From assembly GCA_045603665.1 (NCBI GenBank), contig JAZUMO010000090.1:3503-67502 (forward strand): a stretch of 64,000 bases of DNA, in the 5' to 3' direction. The stretch comes from Acutalibacteraceae bacterium. Its GTDB lineage: Bacteria > Bacillota > Clostridia > Oscillospirales > Acutalibacteraceae. The position numbers and the translations under genes were made by a program. The number at the start of each line of letters is the position of its first letter. Position 1 is the stretch's first letter. Positions 62,475 to 64,000 of this stretch are shown here, in pieces. The notes below the pieces were generated by a model. The model searched no databases and was not told where the DNA came from. It was given only the letters and a program-made list of their open reading frames with translations.

Positions 62475-63275
62475 TTATCTTGCATAAAGCATTCCGACTA
62501 TGTAATTTCTTACCGATGAGGGGAAAATTTTACATAAAACAGCAAGAAATTTATAGGAAAATCCGATTGCGTAGGCAGGCTTAACATTCTTTTTAAGAGC
62601 AATTTTGGCAATATACTCCCCTGCCTTTTCGGCGCTCATACCCTTTTCCTCGTCTCTTTCCATTCCCGCAACGCTTTTAGCTATTCTTCCGCAGTAAACA
62701 TCGTCGCCCTCAAAGGATTTTTCTCTTGCCGCAGTAAAGGCTGTGGCTATATCTCCCGGCTGAATTGCCGTAACAGAGATACCGAAGGGTCTTACCTCGT
62801 TTGCAAGGCAGCAGGTATAGCTCTCTATAGCGGCCTTTGAGGCTGAATAATAGGTCTGGAAGGGAATATGCGCAACGGCGGCAACGGAGCTTATATTGAC
62901 TATTCTGCCGCACTTATTCTCTCTCATAAAGGGAAGAACTGCCTTTGTTACATTGACTGCTCCGAAGAAATTTACATCAAACTGCTTTCTCGCTTCCGAT
63001 TCTTCGGTAAATTCAACGGCACCCGAAATACCGAAGCCTGCACAGTTGATAAGAATATCAATTTTTCCTTCAGCTTCGATAACATTATTTACAGCCGAAA
63101 TAACTGCTTTTTCGTCGGTAACATCAGCCGTTAAATGAGTTATACCGTCAGCAGGAATGTCACGTCGGCTGATTTCATAGACCTTACAGCCTATATCTCT
63201 TAAAGCTTCTGCAGTGCATCTGCCAATGCCTGAGCTTCCGCCGGTCACAAGTGCAATTTTGCCGTCATTTTTCAT
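62475..63275 (-). CDS. Short-chain dehydrogenase/reductase (SDR) family oxidoreductase
   Basis: TGGSSGIGR cofactor motif, NCAG, catalytic YSASKAA. The track start is GTG; ATG 63275 (MKNDGKIALVTGG) follows AGGTGA plus 5 nt. Confidence 0.85.
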   Translation of the reverse strand: MKNDGKIALVTGGSSGIGRCTAEALRDIGCKVYEISRRDIPADGITHLTADVTDEKAVISAVNNVIEAEGKIDILINCAGFGISGAVEFTEESEARKQFDVNFFGAVNVTKAVLPFMRENKCGRIVNISSVAAVAHIPFQTYYSASKAAIESYTCCLANEVRPFGISVTAIQPGDIATAFTAAREKSFEGDDVYCGRIAKSVAGMERDEEKGMSAEKAGEYIAKIALKKNVKPAYAIGFSYKFLAVLCKIFPSSVRNYIVGMLYAR

Positions 63276-63315
63276 ATTCTTCACCTGCTGTATCACTTTG
63301 TACTTCACATATCAA

Positions 63316-63981
63316 TTACTCCCCGTAGGGACAAACCTTCATACAGATTCCGCAAACGGCACCTCTGCCGATATGCTTGAAATGAGTCTTCATATATGTA
63401 CTGCATTTTTCCGGATCAAACATATCTTCACGGGTTGTATTTTCATCCCAGAGCTTGCCGAGAATAGCACCCGAGGGACAGGCCTTTACGCACTTGTCGC
63501 AATCAAGGCAGGGCGAAACATAATCTGTCTTTTCTGTTTCAAAAGGACAATCGGTCACAATCGTTCCGAGTCTTACCCTCGCGCCGTATTTTCTATGCAG
63601 AAACATGGAGCTTTTGCCCACGGTACCGAGTCCTGCAAGGCAGGCGGCCTTTTTATGGGAATATCTGCCCTTATAATTCCAGCCGTCCTTATTTATGCTC
63701 TGTGAGGCGGCAACGGTGATATAACGGTAGCCCTTATTCTGGAGAAAAATCCCCGCCTTTAAAAGAAGAGAATCAATAAAGGCGTTGACACTTCTGTAAT
63801 GGTTGAAGTAGGTATGGGTCGGCTCTGCACCGATTTCATCGACAATGGAATCGGAGAGACGCACAGCGATGCTGACAGCATATCTGCATTCGCCGAAATC
63901 ACCGTCGGGAAGAAGACAGAAGCCTACATCGGAAGCACCCTGAGACAAAAGATATTCCTTTAATTCGTCCTGTATTTTCAT
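63316..63981 (-). CDS. Epoxyqueuosine-reductase-like 4Fe-4S protein (QueG-related, short form)
   Basis: CLDCDKCVKACP and CGICMKVCPYG ferredoxin-type clusters at the C-terminus. The N-terminal region resembles QueG/reductive-dehalogenase-like folds. The start is either ATG 63981 or TTG 63987. Confidence 0.6.
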   Translation of the reverse strand: MKIQDELKEYLLSQGASDVGFCLLPDGDFGECRYAVSIAVRLSDSIVDEIGAEPTHTYFNHYRSVNAFIDSLLLKAGIFLQNKGYRYITVAASQSINKDGWNYKGRYSHKKAACLAGLGTVGKSSMFLHRKYGARVRLGTIVTDCPFETEKTDYVSPCLDCDKCVKACPSGAILGKLWDENTTREDMFDPEKCSTYMKTHFKHIGRGAVCGICMKVCPYGE

Positions 63982-64000
63982 TTTCAATCAGCCTTTGTAA

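Overview
This is a 64-kb chromosomal window from a low-GC Gram-positive anaerobe. Gene order and protein signatures look Clostridia-like, in the Oscillospiraceae/Ruminococcaceae style, but that placement is inference only. I can support about 58 protein genes, nearly all on the minus strand, plus 5 tRNAs. I recognise no rRNA, CRISPR, transposase, integrase or phage genes. The core blocks are: prmA; hflX; an M24 peptidase; rpsU; a 17.5-kb almost gapless array (SpoU-type MT, dprA, topA, trmFO, rnc, radical SAM, smc, ftsY, rdgB, DUF4375, yhbY, nadD-yqeK fusion, rsfS, leuS); infC-rpmI-rplT with an L20-type leader; clpE-like, pgsA and cvpA; and ruvCAB, a methyltransferase, ecfA1-ecfA2-ecfT and truA. 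The accessory content is: GH31, GH13 and DUF4091 carbohydrate enzymes; two large Fn3-bearing surface proteins that share a C-terminal module; a transporter/TVP38/FAD-oxidoreductase/FNR-2Fe2S operon; two tandem LCAT-like hydrolases; and an AT-rich islet (about 46.8-49.8 kb) of small secreted or membrane ORFs beside a 4-tRNA array. Four signals look most unusual. (1) A family of structured intergenic modules has five full copies plus one eroded relic (four plus the relic between 44.9 and 49.8 kb, one at 62.2 kb). Each has a GC-rich box, a long imperfect hairpin built from 7-nt repeats, and a terminator; the 3' arm of the terminator co-varies with a box in the hairpin loop. (2) rpsU is interrupted by a 1-nt frameshift. 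(3) Both LCAT-like paralogs carry Cys at the nucleophile-elbow position. (4) A tiny ORF sits behind an A7 tract and all three of its frames look plausible. One caveat on the ORF track: its first M is often a GTG or TTG codon, so I re-evaluated starts from RBS spacing where I could. All calls come from reading the sequence, not from database searches.
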